DNA from: an uncultured Gammaproteobacteria bacterium
GTDB taxonomy: Bacteria > Pseudomonadota > Gammaproteobacteria > JAADHQ01
DNA: 64,000 nucleotides
NCBI GenBank assembly: GCA_947258655.1
Contig: CAMYJD010000018.1
Span: 3,294 to 67,293, forward strand
Direction of reading: 5' to 3'
The notes under the pieces are model-generated. The model was given only the letters and a program-made list of their open reading frames with translations. It was not told the DNA's origin and made no database searches. This document shows, in pieces, positions 49,820 through 58,857 of this stretch. Position 1 is the stretch's first letter. Each line of letters opens with the position of its first letter. The translations under genes and the position numbers were made by a program.

Positions 49820-51352
49820 CTATGTCCTCTTGATGGCGAAGCTCTCTATGTATTCCTCCGGCTTGGTATAGTCGAAGGTCTTACCCATGATGGTGTAGTT
49901 CTCGTAGGTCTTGGCTGGCGGTTCATAGCCAAGGTCCGTCATGAGCTTGCCACAATCGGCGGCCAGATAGACCTGCTCCGAGATCTTCTTGTAATCAACA
50001 TCGCCTTTGATATAACCCCAGCGTTTCATTTGCGTCAGTATCCACACGGCCATCGAATGCCAGGGGAATGGATCGAAATCGATACGATCCGGTTCATTAC
50101 GGACATTACCCAGACCATCGGCAAAACGCCCCGTCAGCACCTGCTCGACTACGGGCACGGGCTGATTCAGATAGTTTTTGGGTGAGATGGCCTTGGCGAT
50201 ATCCTTGCGGTTCTCTGCCCGAGATGAGAAATGTGTTGCATCCACAATGGATCTGAACAGCGCACCATAGGAATTCGGGTTCTCGCGAGCGAATTCCGCA
50301 CTCGTGGCAAAGGCGCAGCAGGGATGACCTTGCCAGATCTCCTTCGTCAGCAAGTGAATAAACCCGACCTTCTCCCATACCGCACGTTGATTGAACGGAT
50401 CCGGCGACAGGTAGCCATCGAGGTTTTCCGCACGCAGATTAGCAACCATTTCCGGTGGCGGTACAACGCGGATCTGGATGTCCTTATCCGGATCGAGACC
50501 ATGCTCGGCTACGTAGTAACGCAACAGGAAGTTATGCATCGAGTACTCAAACGGCACGCCAAATTTGAAGCCTTTCCATTTTTTCGGATCACGCTTGTCC
50601 TTGTGCTTGTTATGCAGAACAATGGCCTGGCCATTGATGTTCTCCACCGCCGGCATTATGAAAGGCATGGCCGTGGAACCGGCACCCATGGTCATGGCCA
50701 GCGGCATTGGGGTCAGCATATGGGCCGCGTCGTATTCCTTGTTAATGGATTTATCACGGGAAACCGCCCAACCGGCCGTCTTGATGACGTCCACATCGAG
50801 ACCATATTTGTCGTAGAAGCCCATCGGGTGCGCCATAATAATAGGTGTCGCACAGGTAATGGGTACAAAACCCACTTTAAGCTTCTTCTTCTCAAGCGGC
50901 CCAATCTTGTCCTTGAACGCGGCCTTGGCTGCCTCCATCGGGAATATGCTCGCCAGGATAGACGCTGCCGTACCACCACCTAGCATTTTCATGAAGTTAC
51001 GTCGCGAGGCTTCGTTATGACCGAACACTGCGCGTACCACAGCACTTTCAATGGCGCGATCGATAATGGTCTCGGGGGTTTCGGTAGGATTATCGGGAGA
51101 ACCGTCTGCCCTGAATGCATTCGGATCAGCAGGCGCTGCATCAGCACTGGCATCTGCATCAACATACTGGGAGTCAGTCGCTGTACCTTCATATACAGCC
51201 CGCTCCAGGCGCTCCGTCATTTCTGACTCTGTACACTCATAACGCGACTCGGCTTCTTCACGTTTGAATACACAAATAGGACAGTTACATGCAGGACCAT
51301 GCTGCAAATCACTTTCCGGATTAAATGGATCACCAAGACTCTTATTCGACAT
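49820..51352 (-). CDS. NrtA/CmpA/CynA-like periplasmic substrate-binding protein with a Tat-type 'SRRNFMKMLGG' signal. The ORF carries a ~105-aa Cys-rich upstream extension.
   Basis: Strong NrtA-family similarity after the RR motif. The extension contains 'GPACNCPIC...YEC'. The true start may be a GTG near residue 105. Confidence 0.7.
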   Translation of the reverse strand: MSNKSLGDPFNPESDLQHGPACNCPICVFKREEAESRYECTESEMTERLERAVYEGTATDSQYVDADASADAAPADPNAFRADGSPDNPTETPETIIDRAIESAVVRAVFGHNEASRRNFMKMLGGGTAASILASIFPMEAAKAAFKDKIGPLEKKKLKVGFVPITCATPIIMAHPMGFYDKYGLDVDVIKTAGWAVSRDKSINKEYDAAHMLTPMPLAMTMGAGSTAMPFIMPAVENINGQAIVLHNKHKDKRDPKKWKGFKFGVPFEYSMHNFLLRYYVAEHGLDPDKDIQIRVVPPPEMVANLRAENLDGYLSPDPFNQRAVWEKVGFIHLLTKEIWQGHPCCAFATSAEFARENPNSYGALFRSIVDATHFSSRAENRKDIAKAISPKNYLNQPVPVVEQVLTGRFADGLGNVRNEPDRIDFDPFPWHSMAVWILTQMKRWGYIKGDVDYKKISEQVYLAADCGKLMTDLGYEPPAKTYENYTIMGKTFDYTKPEEYIESFAIKRT

Positions 51353-51566
51353 ACTTTTGTCCCCTCTCCGATTACATTAAAAGCTCGTTACCGCTGCATA
51401 GCGTGCATACATTGCTACGAATTCAATCGTTCACGTTTATGCGCTATTGCAGTGCACTGCGAATACTTTTTGCATTACATGAAGGCGCGCTCACTATATA
51501 CACCTGATCTTTTTACCCCTGATTCAGGCGCCTGGCACACCTCCATTGTTTGCATAAATTTAATTT

Positions 51567-51582
51567 TGCAATATGCATACCA
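51567..51582 (-). promoter_or_regulatory. candidate sigma-54 (-24/-12) promoter for the cyn operon: TGGTAT-N5-TTGCA
   Basis: GG-N10-GC spacing is satisfied on the minus strand. It lies 80-130 bp downstream of three palindromic sites and about 200 bp upstream of the SBP gene. Confidence 0.3.
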
Positions 51583-51651
51583 ATAACGAATTAATGTCAT
51601 AGCTGCCTGAATATTTAATCTTTTTTCTTATTTTCATGATTGCAATAGCGG

Positions 51652-51706
51652 TTACGAATTTTCGTAATTTACGAAATATCGTATTTATAATTACGATATT
51701 TCGTAA
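51652..51706. promoter_or_regulatory. three 16-bp palindromes TTACGAwwTwTCGTAA (candidate enhancer/operator sites)
   Basis: 'ttacgaattttcgtaa', 'ttacgaaatatcgta' and 'ttacgatatttcgtaa' lie in the divergent intergenic region. Confidence 0.5.
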
Positions 51707-51773
51707 GAAGGAATGGATCTTGTATGAGTTATCTGCAGACACATCGACCAGGTAATATTTTCAGGGGAAGATT

Positions 51774-53708
51774 ATGCATTCCAGTTCAAATGCAATCAGA
51801 TCCACGAATCCGGATCAATACAGGCAAGTGTTTGAAAATTCCAGCGATGCCATTCTGTTAATCGATCCTTTTCTGGATAGGGTTGTAAATGCCAATGCAG
51901 CCGCATGCAATATGCTGGGGTATGAAAAGGATGAAATCACCGCACTGTGTGCAAGCGCATTGCATGCCCATGAAATCCCGGCGCTGATCGTGTTTTCCCA
52001 GTCCGTGCTGGACAAGGGCAACGACTGGACAGACGAACTCAGCTGCCGGAAAAAACATGGTGAGCTGCAGCCAGTAGATTACTCGGCATCGACATTCGAA
52101 TCTGACGGTAGGAAACTGATCATCGCAACATTACGCGACCGGGAACGACTGCAAAACCTGAAAAAGGAGTCCAATGCAAATATATATGTACGCCAGGGTA
52201 TATCAGACTGGAAGCACATTGAAAATATTTTTCAACAGATAGAACATGAAAACAAGCTCATCCTGAAAGCCGCCGGTGAAGGTATATACGGTGTTAATGC
52301 CGATGGCAATACGACCTTCGTCAATCCTGCTGCCGAGCGCATGCTGGGCTGGACCGCAGAGGAAATGGTCAGCCATAATATTCATGACATGATCCACTAT
52401 AACAAGGCGGATGGTTCACATTACGATGTGCATGATTGCCCTATTCTCGCAGCCTTCAAGGACGGCGAGGTCCACACGGTGGACAATGAAGTATTCTGGC
52501 GCAAGGATGGCACTCCGATTCCGGTTGAATATACGAGTACACCGATCAAGGATCATGGTAACCTTGTCGGTGCCGTAGTCATCTTCCGTGACATCAGCGA
52601 ACGCAAGGAAGCCGAACGCAATCTCCATGCGGCACTCACTAAGGTCGAAGAACTCAGGCACAAACTGGAAATGGAAAATGCCTACCTGCAGGAAGAGATC
52701 CGCTCGGAACATAATCATCATGAAATAGTCGGCAAAAGCGTTGCCATACAACAAGTTATAAAACAGATCGAACTGGTTGCGCCAACAGATGCAAATGTCC
52801 TGATTAGCGGAGAATCAGGCACGGGCAAAGAGCTCATTGCACGCGCCATCCATCAAAGTAGCACACGTAACGAACGCCCGCTAATCAGGGTCAATTGCGC
52901 TGTTATTCCACACAACCTGTTTGAAAGCGAATTCTTTGGCCATGCAAAAGGCTCCTTTACAGGCGCTGTCAGCGATCGCGCCGGCCGTTTTGAACTGGCG
53001 GACGGCGGTACGCTCTTTCTTGACGAGGTAGGTGAAATTCCGCTGGAGCTACAAAGCAAATTATTACGTGTATTACAGGAAGGGCAATTCGAGCGCATAG
53101 GTGAAAATAAAACGCGTAACGTCAACGTGCGCATTATTGCGGCGACCAATCGCGATCTACGTCAGGAGATCAGCAAGCAGAAATTTCGTGAAGACCTATT
53201 CTTCCGCCTGAATGTATTCCCGATAGAATCAGCACCATTACGCAGACGTGCAGATGACATACCGCTGCTCGCAATACATTTTTTGAAACGTGCCTGCCAT
53301 AAACTCAATAAACCCGATGTGCGTCTCACACAGGGTAATATCGAGAGCCTTGTTGCCTACAAATGGCCGGGTAACATCCGTGAAATGGAAAACGTAATCG
53401 AACGCGCCGTCATTGTCTCGCAAGGCGGCCGCCTCAAACTCGATCTGCCAGACAATGACCCTGATCTCCTGGAATCAACTCCCGAACCATCATACAAGCG
53501 AGATCAGCCGGGGTCAGGAGGTATACTGTCACACCATGAAATTCGTTGCCGCGAACAAGACAATATTATCCATGCATTAAAAGAGAGCGGTGGCAAGATA
53601 TTCGGTGCCGGTGGTGCCGCCGAACTCCTCGACATAAAACCAACTACACTGGCATCAAAAATAAAGCGCCTGGGTATTGATAAATCACAGTATAGAGCAC
53701 CGTCATAA
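51774..53708 (+). CDS. sigma-54-dependent transcriptional activator with two N-terminal PAS domains (no receiver domain) and C-terminal Fis-type HTH
   Basis: AAA+ '[15 protein letters not shown]', 'GSFTGA' sigma-54 contact motif, '[19 protein letters not shown]' HTH. Confidence 0.85.
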   Translation: MHSSSNAIRSTNPDQYRQVFENSSDAILLIDPFLDRVVNANAAACNMLGYEKDEITALCASALHAHEIPALIVFSQSVLDKGNDWTDELSCRKKHGELQPVDYSASTFESDGRKLIIATLRDRERLQNLKKESNANIYVRQGISDWKHIENIFQQIEHENKLILKAAGEGIYGVNADGNTTFVNPAAERMLGWTAEEMVSHNIHDMIHYNKADGSHYDVHDCPILAAFKDGEVHTVDNEVFWRKDGTPIPVEYTSTPIKDHGNLVGAVVIFRDISERKEAERNLHAALTKVEELRHKLEMENAYLQEEIRSEHNHHEIVGKSVAIQQVIKQIELVAPTDANVLISGESGTGKELIARAIHQSSTRNERPLIRVNCAVIPHNLFESEFFGHAKGSFTGAVSDRAGRFELADGGTLFLDEVGEIPLELQSKLLRVLQEGQFERIGENKTRNVNVRIIAATNRDLRQEISKQKFREDLFFRLNVFPIESAPLRRRADDIPLLAIHFLKRACHKLNKPDVRLTQGNIESLVAYKWPGNIREMENVIERAVIVSQGGRLKLDLPDNDPDLLESTPEPSYKRDQPGSGGILSHHEIRCREQDNIIHALKESGGKIFGAGGAAELLDIKPTTLASKIKRLGIDKSQYRAPS

Positions 53709-53813
53709 TGCCAGGCTACGCATGTTCGCCATACACATCTGCCTGCGCCGACTGTTCGCAATCAAATTGCTGCCTGCGATACTTTACAATTATTCCGGAC
53801 TGTGGGGTTCAGA

Positions 53814-54293
53814 TCAAAGACCAAGGTCCGACAAACCGGGATGATCGTCCGGTCGCCGTCCACAAGACCAGTGATACAGACGTTCGCTCTCCGTAATCGT
53901 CAAATCGTTAATACTTGCTATACGGCGCTGCATCAATCCATTCTCGGCAAATTCCCAGTTCTCGTTCCCGTATGAACGGAACCACTGCCCGGAATCATCA
54001 TGCCATTCGTAGGCGAAGCGTACCGAGATACGGTTTTCATGAAAGGCCCATAACTCCTTGATCAGCCTGTAATCATGCTCCCGATTCCACTTGCGCATTA
54101 AAAACTCAACAATCGCATCACGACCCGTGAAAAATTCGGCACGGTTACGCCATACACTATCCGGGGTGTATGCCAGCGAGACACGCTCCGGCTCCCGCGT
54201 ATTCCAGGCATCTTCCGCCATCCTCACTTTCTGTATTGCCGCACTCATATCAAATGGAGGCAATGGCGGCCTTGCTGATTCAACATTACTCAT
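53814..54293 (-). CDS. DUF1348 (NTF2-like) family protein
   Basis: 'WNTREPERV...[23 protein letters not shown]' is typical of COG3558/DUF1348. Confidence 0.6.
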   Translation of the reverse strand: MSNVESARPPLPPFDMSAAIQKVRMAEDAWNTREPERVSLAYTPDSVWRNRAEFFTGRDAIVEFLMRKWNREHDYRLIKELWAFHENRISVRFAYEWHDDSGQWFRSYGNENWEFAENGLMQRRIASINDLTITESERLYHWSCGRRPDDHPGLSDLGL

Positions 54294-54553
54294 TTGATCC
54301 TTCCTTCATTCTGATATAAACCTGTAACGCAGTTTCGCACCATGAAGGCATCCACACAATACCTTATACGCGCATTTATTATATACAGGCACGACAACAG
54401 ACGGGTTTTAGTAAATGATTGATACTCTCGTGATCATTCGATATTTTTTAATCCTGTCGGAAACAAACATCGGAGCAGATGGAATTAACAAAGCAAACAA
54501 ATCAGACTTGTATTTTATAAGAAAACTCTTGTGTCCGGCGACTTTCGCTTTAC

Positions 54554-55213
54554 CTACGAGGATGTACGGCCCGGTAATAGCGGCTTAAAGAATGCAGCTC
54601 CAAACCTGATTGCGTCATGAAGGTTGAAGATTGAAATACTGTCCGCATCACTTCCCTGCCATCGACGCGCAATTTCACTGTCTTTTAGAAATACCATTTC
54701 CATGCACATGCTATGAGCGGCCACCCCCGCTGGCATTTGCCAACGAATACCGACGCAAACATCCTTCGGCTTCACGTCCGCAAGCTCAAATCCACGCATA
54801 TGGATTTCAACCGCTTCGGCCGTCACATGACAACGTGACATAATAGAAACCTCGGTATCGAATAGCGTTGCTACCGAGAGCGCATCCAGTGCACACATGG
54901 CATAGATGGTATTTGCTCCGACCCTCAGCTTATGCGCTGTCTGTTCGACAGTCACCGGATAGGCGCCGACAACAGCTGTACCCTCGGCATTCAGCACGAC
55001 CAGGTCATTTTCACCCAGAATGAGCAATGCCTCGACCACGCCATCAGCGCCGACGCGTTCTGCAATTTCAGTATTCGACAGTGGTTCACCACGCATGATC
55101 AATGACTCAAGGATAGCCTGATGCAGGTGTTTTAATAGCGGCGGTAACTGCTCCTGTCTTGCCTTCAGTGGCAGCAGGGAATTCAATCGATCGACGGCAG
55201 CTTGAATATGCAT
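54554..55213 (-). CDS. MerB-like organomercurial (alkylmercury) lyase family protein
   Basis: 'YAMCALDAL' (Cys/Asp catalytic pair) and a later Cys-containing segment resemble MerB. N-terminal HTH-like region. Confidence 0.45.
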   Translation of the reverse strand: MHIQAAVDRLNSLLPLKARQEQLPPLLKHLHQAILESLIMRGEPLSNTEIAERVGADGVVEALLILGENDLVVLNAEGTAVVGAYPVTVEQTAHKLRVGANTIYAMCALDALSVATLFDTEVSIMSRCHVTAEAVEIHMRGFELADVKPKDVCVGIRWQMPAGVAAHSMCMEMVFLKDSEIARRWQGSDADSISIFNLHDAIRFGAAFFKPLLPGRTSS

Positions 55214-55346
55214 CGCAATTTACCTCTCAACGGTTCAACAACAGTTCAATTTGGCCTGAAATCAAAATAACATGTCTTTATACAACACAAATAAAACCTT
55301 CATTAAAGAAGCCATTCTGCTATCTACAATGCCGGAGGAATTAATT

Positions 55347-55408
55347 GGGGCCAGAGTAAAAACTATCCTTTATCCTTTGATATAGACCAGGGTTTTTACT
55401 CTGGCCCC
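55347..55408. repeat. MITE-like element, copy 5
   Basis: 'ggggccagagtaaaaactatcctttatcctttgatatagaccagggtttttactctggcccc' flanked by taatt/aatta. Confidence 0.7.
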
Positions 55409-55431
55409 AATTACTAAGCAGTGTATATATT

Positions 55432-56319
55432 TCAGATATCGTCACTATGTTTTAGATGTTTTGCCAAGGAAACAACCGTATCTTTCGATGTCTCTTTTTG
55501 TATATAACTAATATCTTTTAACTTCGCATGATCTTCTAGTATTTCCTTATGGATGTCGCTTGATAAATTAGTAATAAAAATACTACTTTTACCTTCAATC
55601 GTTTTCTTGTTTATGTATAGATCATCCATAAGAACGATTGCATCGTCATTACCATTTATAATCTCCGTAAGTTCATTAAGGGTCTTTGAATCAAGATAAT
55701 TTTTACCACCCTTGATTAAACCAGCTATTGTCTTTTTCAGATACCCTAACAGCTGCGCCCCGTTATATTTTAATTTTCTCCATTGTGTATATGAGCCGTA
55801 GATCGGCTCCATTAATAAATAATTATCAAAGCATAGATCCTGTATAACATGTTCATATACCTCAAATTCAGCAACATAATAATCCTCGCTATCACGCGCT
55901 TCATCTCTATTATTCAGAGATAGGCAAGCCTCTATAACTGGATTTTCTGATTTTATTTTTTTGATTTCTTCACTAACAGCCGTTTGTATTCTAACAGTAC
56001 TACCTTCAGTACTATATATATCATGAAAGGAACCCGAGATTATATTTTGAGCAATCAACCTTAACTCAGGTCTAATATGAGCATCGCTAAACTCCATCAT
56101 GACCAGATCATTTAGAGCATATAAAATATCCAATCGATTTTGAAAATCTGGCATACCATTTAAGACGGAGTCATCTGCCGATTGATACGTATCATAGACC
56201 GCCTGGTATAGCTCATATAACTTATGATTATCTTGTGATGACTCAGGATAATGTTCGAATGTATAAAGATAATATTTAACCAATGTATCTACATTAGACA
56301 CATCATCGATCCCAAGCAA
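55432..56319 (-). CDS. hypothetical protein on an AT-rich islet flanked by inverted MITE copies
   Basis: 295-aa ORF, markedly AT-rich versus surroundings, no recognisable motif. AT-rich promoter region 56320-56458. Confidence 0.5.
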   Translation of the reverse strand: MLGIDDVSNVDTLVKYYLYTFEHYPESSQDNHKLYELYQAVYDTYQSADDSVLNGMPDFQNRLDILYALNDLVMMEFSDAHIRPELRLIAQNIISGSFHDIYSTEGSTVRIQTAVSEEIKKIKSENPVIEACLSLNNRDEARDSEDYYVAEFEVYEHVIQDLCFDNYLLMEPIYGSYTQWRKLKYNGAQLLGYLKKTIAGLIKGGKNYLDSKTLNELTEIINGNDDAIVLMDDLYINKKTIEGKSSIFITNLSSDIHKEILEDHAKLKDISYIQKETSKDTVVSLAKHLKHSDDI

Positions 56320-56458
56320 CTCTCCAATATAGGATTCAATTGTTATATTTTTGAACTTTAGCGATCTGCATAATAAAGCATACGCAACTTTTTAAATTCA
56401 ATTCCTGAATTACCCATATATTGATATTCCTTTATTTATTGTTTTATTGTAACTAATT

Positions 56459-56520
56459 AGGGTCAGAGTAAAAACTCTGGTCTAAATCAATGGGTAAACG
56501 ATAGTTTTTACTCTGACCCT
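56459..56520. repeat. MITE-like element, copy 6 (inverted orientation)
   Basis: 'agggtcagagtaaaaactctggtctaaatcaa...gatagtttttactctgaccct'. Confidence 0.7.
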
Positions 56521-56555
56521 AAATGTTCTACATACAATGCTGGAGTGACTCCAGG

Positions 56556-57329
56556 CTACTGTACAATCTCCCATTTGCCGTCGGCCATGCGGCATGCACT
56601 GCCATAGGCAATTTCGCTTCTGCCACCTATCCTGATGTCTTGTTTGAATTCGCGGCAATAGCGACCATGATCATGCGGTCCTTCCCAGATTGGCGTCACT
56701 GTGCCGCTGACCCTGCCCTGCCTCCAGACGAGCGCCTCCCTTAGTGGTGATGTTGTTGCGCGGTATAGCGCGCGCTCGTATTCACGCTGTTGCCCTTCAT
56801 CCAGATGATCAAGAATTTGTAATGTAAATTCGGAGACGGCCAACCATCCCCACAAACGCCGGTTATGATAAAGACGCTTGTATTCGGGATAGCTGGAAGC
56901 AAATGGCCTGATATAAAGATAGTGATTGTGGTCGCGAGGCGATGGCATGACTACGATCACATTGTCCAGTATTCGGCGCCTGCGGTCTTTAGCATATAGC
57001 CATCTGTCATTATATCGGGAGCCATAAAACCTGCTGTCGTAACGATGCGATGGGTAACTGTGTGGAATTCCCAGCCAATGATATTGCCTGTTTCCTGCCC
57101 TTGAACCGGCACGGTTCCGCGGCTGCCCCTGGCTGCGATAGTAGCCACCCTGATCTCGGGCTGCATGATCATAACCGCTGTTGTCGTTCATGTTATGTGG
57201 TTTTTGACCCGACTGTTCAGCGTTTCGTTCGTATTCTGGCCCAGGATCAGCAATAACATACGACAGCGATAGCACCAACGACATCAACAGTGTCCGCAGT
57301 AAAAATGATGGGATCATGCCTGTTTGCAA
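56556..57329 (-). CDS. hypothetical exported protein (C-terminal Cys/Gly-rich surface-antigen-like segment)
   Basis: Signal peptide and Arg/Tyr-rich sequence. C-terminal 'CREF..IGG..YGSACR..DGKW'. Confidence 0.4.
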   Translation of the reverse strand: MQTGMIPSFLLRTLLMSLVLSLSYVIADPGPEYERNAEQSGQKPHNMNDNSGYDHAARDQGGYYRSQGQPRNRAGSRAGNRQYHWLGIPHSYPSHRYDSRFYGSRYNDRWLYAKDRRRRILDNVIVVMPSPRDHNHYLYIRPFASSYPEYKRLYHNRRLWGWLAVSEFTLQILDHLDEGQQREYERALYRATTSPLREALVWRQGRVSGTVTPIWEGPHDHGRYCREFKQDIRIGGRSEIAYGSACRMADGKWEIVQ

Positions 57330-57730
57330 AGTAACATTACTCCGTAGATATTATATGCGGCCAATACTGGCAACTCAAAACTCTTATAGGCGTCTCTGCA
57401 GAATGGGTAAAATATTATCATTATGCAAGGTTTGCACACTAAAATTATCTGCATAATTTATTTTCATATACATGCAAGGCTCGCTGATAAAGACTGTACC
57501 TACATCCAATTAAGCACGATAAATAAAAACATTATCATGCTTGATTACAGCAGAGGGTGAAGGAACAGCGATCAGAATACGCCAGACACAGCCCCCCTGA
57601 AAAGCGCACAAACATGCGCGCGGCACTGTAAAAAACACTAATATTACATTCCCTTATCGCACCCAATTGATATATACTTTAAATCGGATTTATATATTTT
57701 CCCATATATTACAAATAGATAATCTATTAT

Positions 57731-58840
57731 ATGAAAGTCATGAGCCTGCCAACAGTTTTCCTTGCACGATGCCGGTTGCTATTTTGGCTGCCTGTGATCC
57801 TGACCGCACTGTTAAGCGCTGCATGTAATGAAACAAACACCACGAGCAGTAGCGAAAAGAAGAAGGCCCGCCCGGCAAAACTGGTCGCTGTCGATAAAAG
57901 CAGGATTATGAACCTGAGCACGTCGAGTACACGCTCCGGGACCTTGCTGGCATTGCGCCAGGTCAGGATCTTTAATCAGGAGGAAGGGAAAATAACTTCA
58001 CTGCCCAAATATCCCGGAGACACATTCAAAAAAGACGATATCCTCGTATCCATGGACGGCAGCCTGCTACGTGCCCAGCTGGACAAGGCAATTGCCACAC
58101 GCAAACAGGCCGAACAGGACCTGCGCCGCACCAACAGCCTGGTGAAGAAACGCCTCGCTGCGGAAGATGAACTTGCCCGGATCGAGACCAGCCTCAGAGT
58201 AGCGAAAGCGGAAGAACAATTATTGCGCACACGCCTTGCCTATACAACGATACGCGCACCATTCGCCGGCACCATCAGTGAACGTCTGCTGGAACCGGGA
58301 GATATTGCGCCGCGACATACACACCTGTTGACGATCATCGACCCGGGTTCGATGATTACCCGTGTACATGTGTCCGAGTTATTACTGGCCTTGTTGAAGG
58401 CAGGTGATCCTGCCAACATAACGATTGACGCTCTGGGCAAACAGATGTTTAAAGGCAAAATTACGCGCATCTATCCAACCGTCAACCCGAAGACCCGCCT
58501 GGGTACGATAGAGGTTTCATTTGACAAGCTGCCGCCACAGGCCAGTGCCGGTTCATTATGTCGCGTTACCCTCATGCCCCCTGCCCGGCCTTATTTGATG
58601 ATTCCATTTACCGCACTGCGTCGCGATGAGCAGGGCGAATACGTGTATGTGATAGATAAAAAGCAAAAGGCCACAAAAAAATATGTCACGACCGGGATGC
58701 GCCATCAAAATCTCATCGCCGTCAGCAGCGGCCTCAAGGAAGGCACGGCGGTTATCACCAAGGGATTTCTCGGGATCAAGGAAGGCAAAAAGGTTGAAAT
58801 CGAACTCAAGGGCAAGCAGGAAGCTCCCCTTCCTTCCTGA
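57731..58840 (+). CDS. efflux RND transporter periplasmic adaptor (membrane fusion protein)
   Basis: Lipoprotein signal 'LLSAAC'. Coiled-coil hairpin and beta-barrel domains of the HlyD/AcrA family. Confidence 0.85.
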   Translation: MKVMSLPTVFLARCRLLFWLPVILTALLSAACNETNTTSSSEKKKARPAKLVAVDKSRIMNLSTSSTRSGTLLALRQVRIFNQEEGKITSLPKYPGDTFKKDDILVSMDGSLLRAQLDKAIATRKQAEQDLRRTNSLVKKRLAAEDELARIETSLRVAKAEEQLLRTRLAYTTIRAPFAGTISERLLEPGDIAPRHTHLLTIIDPGSMITRVHVSELLLALLKAGDPANITIDALGKQMFKGKITRIYPTVNPKTRLGTIEVSFDKLPPQASAGSLCRVTLMPPARPYLMIPFTALRRDEQGEYVYVIDKKQKATKKYVTTGMRHQNLIAVSSGLKEGTAVITKGFLGIKEGKKVEIELKGKQEAPLPS

Positions 58841-58857
58841 TTGAGTCTGGCAATAAC

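Noticed and set aside
51531-51558. Plus-strand 'cctggcacacctccattgtttgca' resembling a sigma-54 -24/-12 box upstream of the activator gene
   Set aside because: TGGCAC and TTGCA are separated by 11 nt instead of 5 (GG-GC distance 18 rather than 12), so the spacing is incompatible with RpoN binding. The minus-strand TGGTAT-N5-TTGCA has correct spacing and is kept as the candidate.
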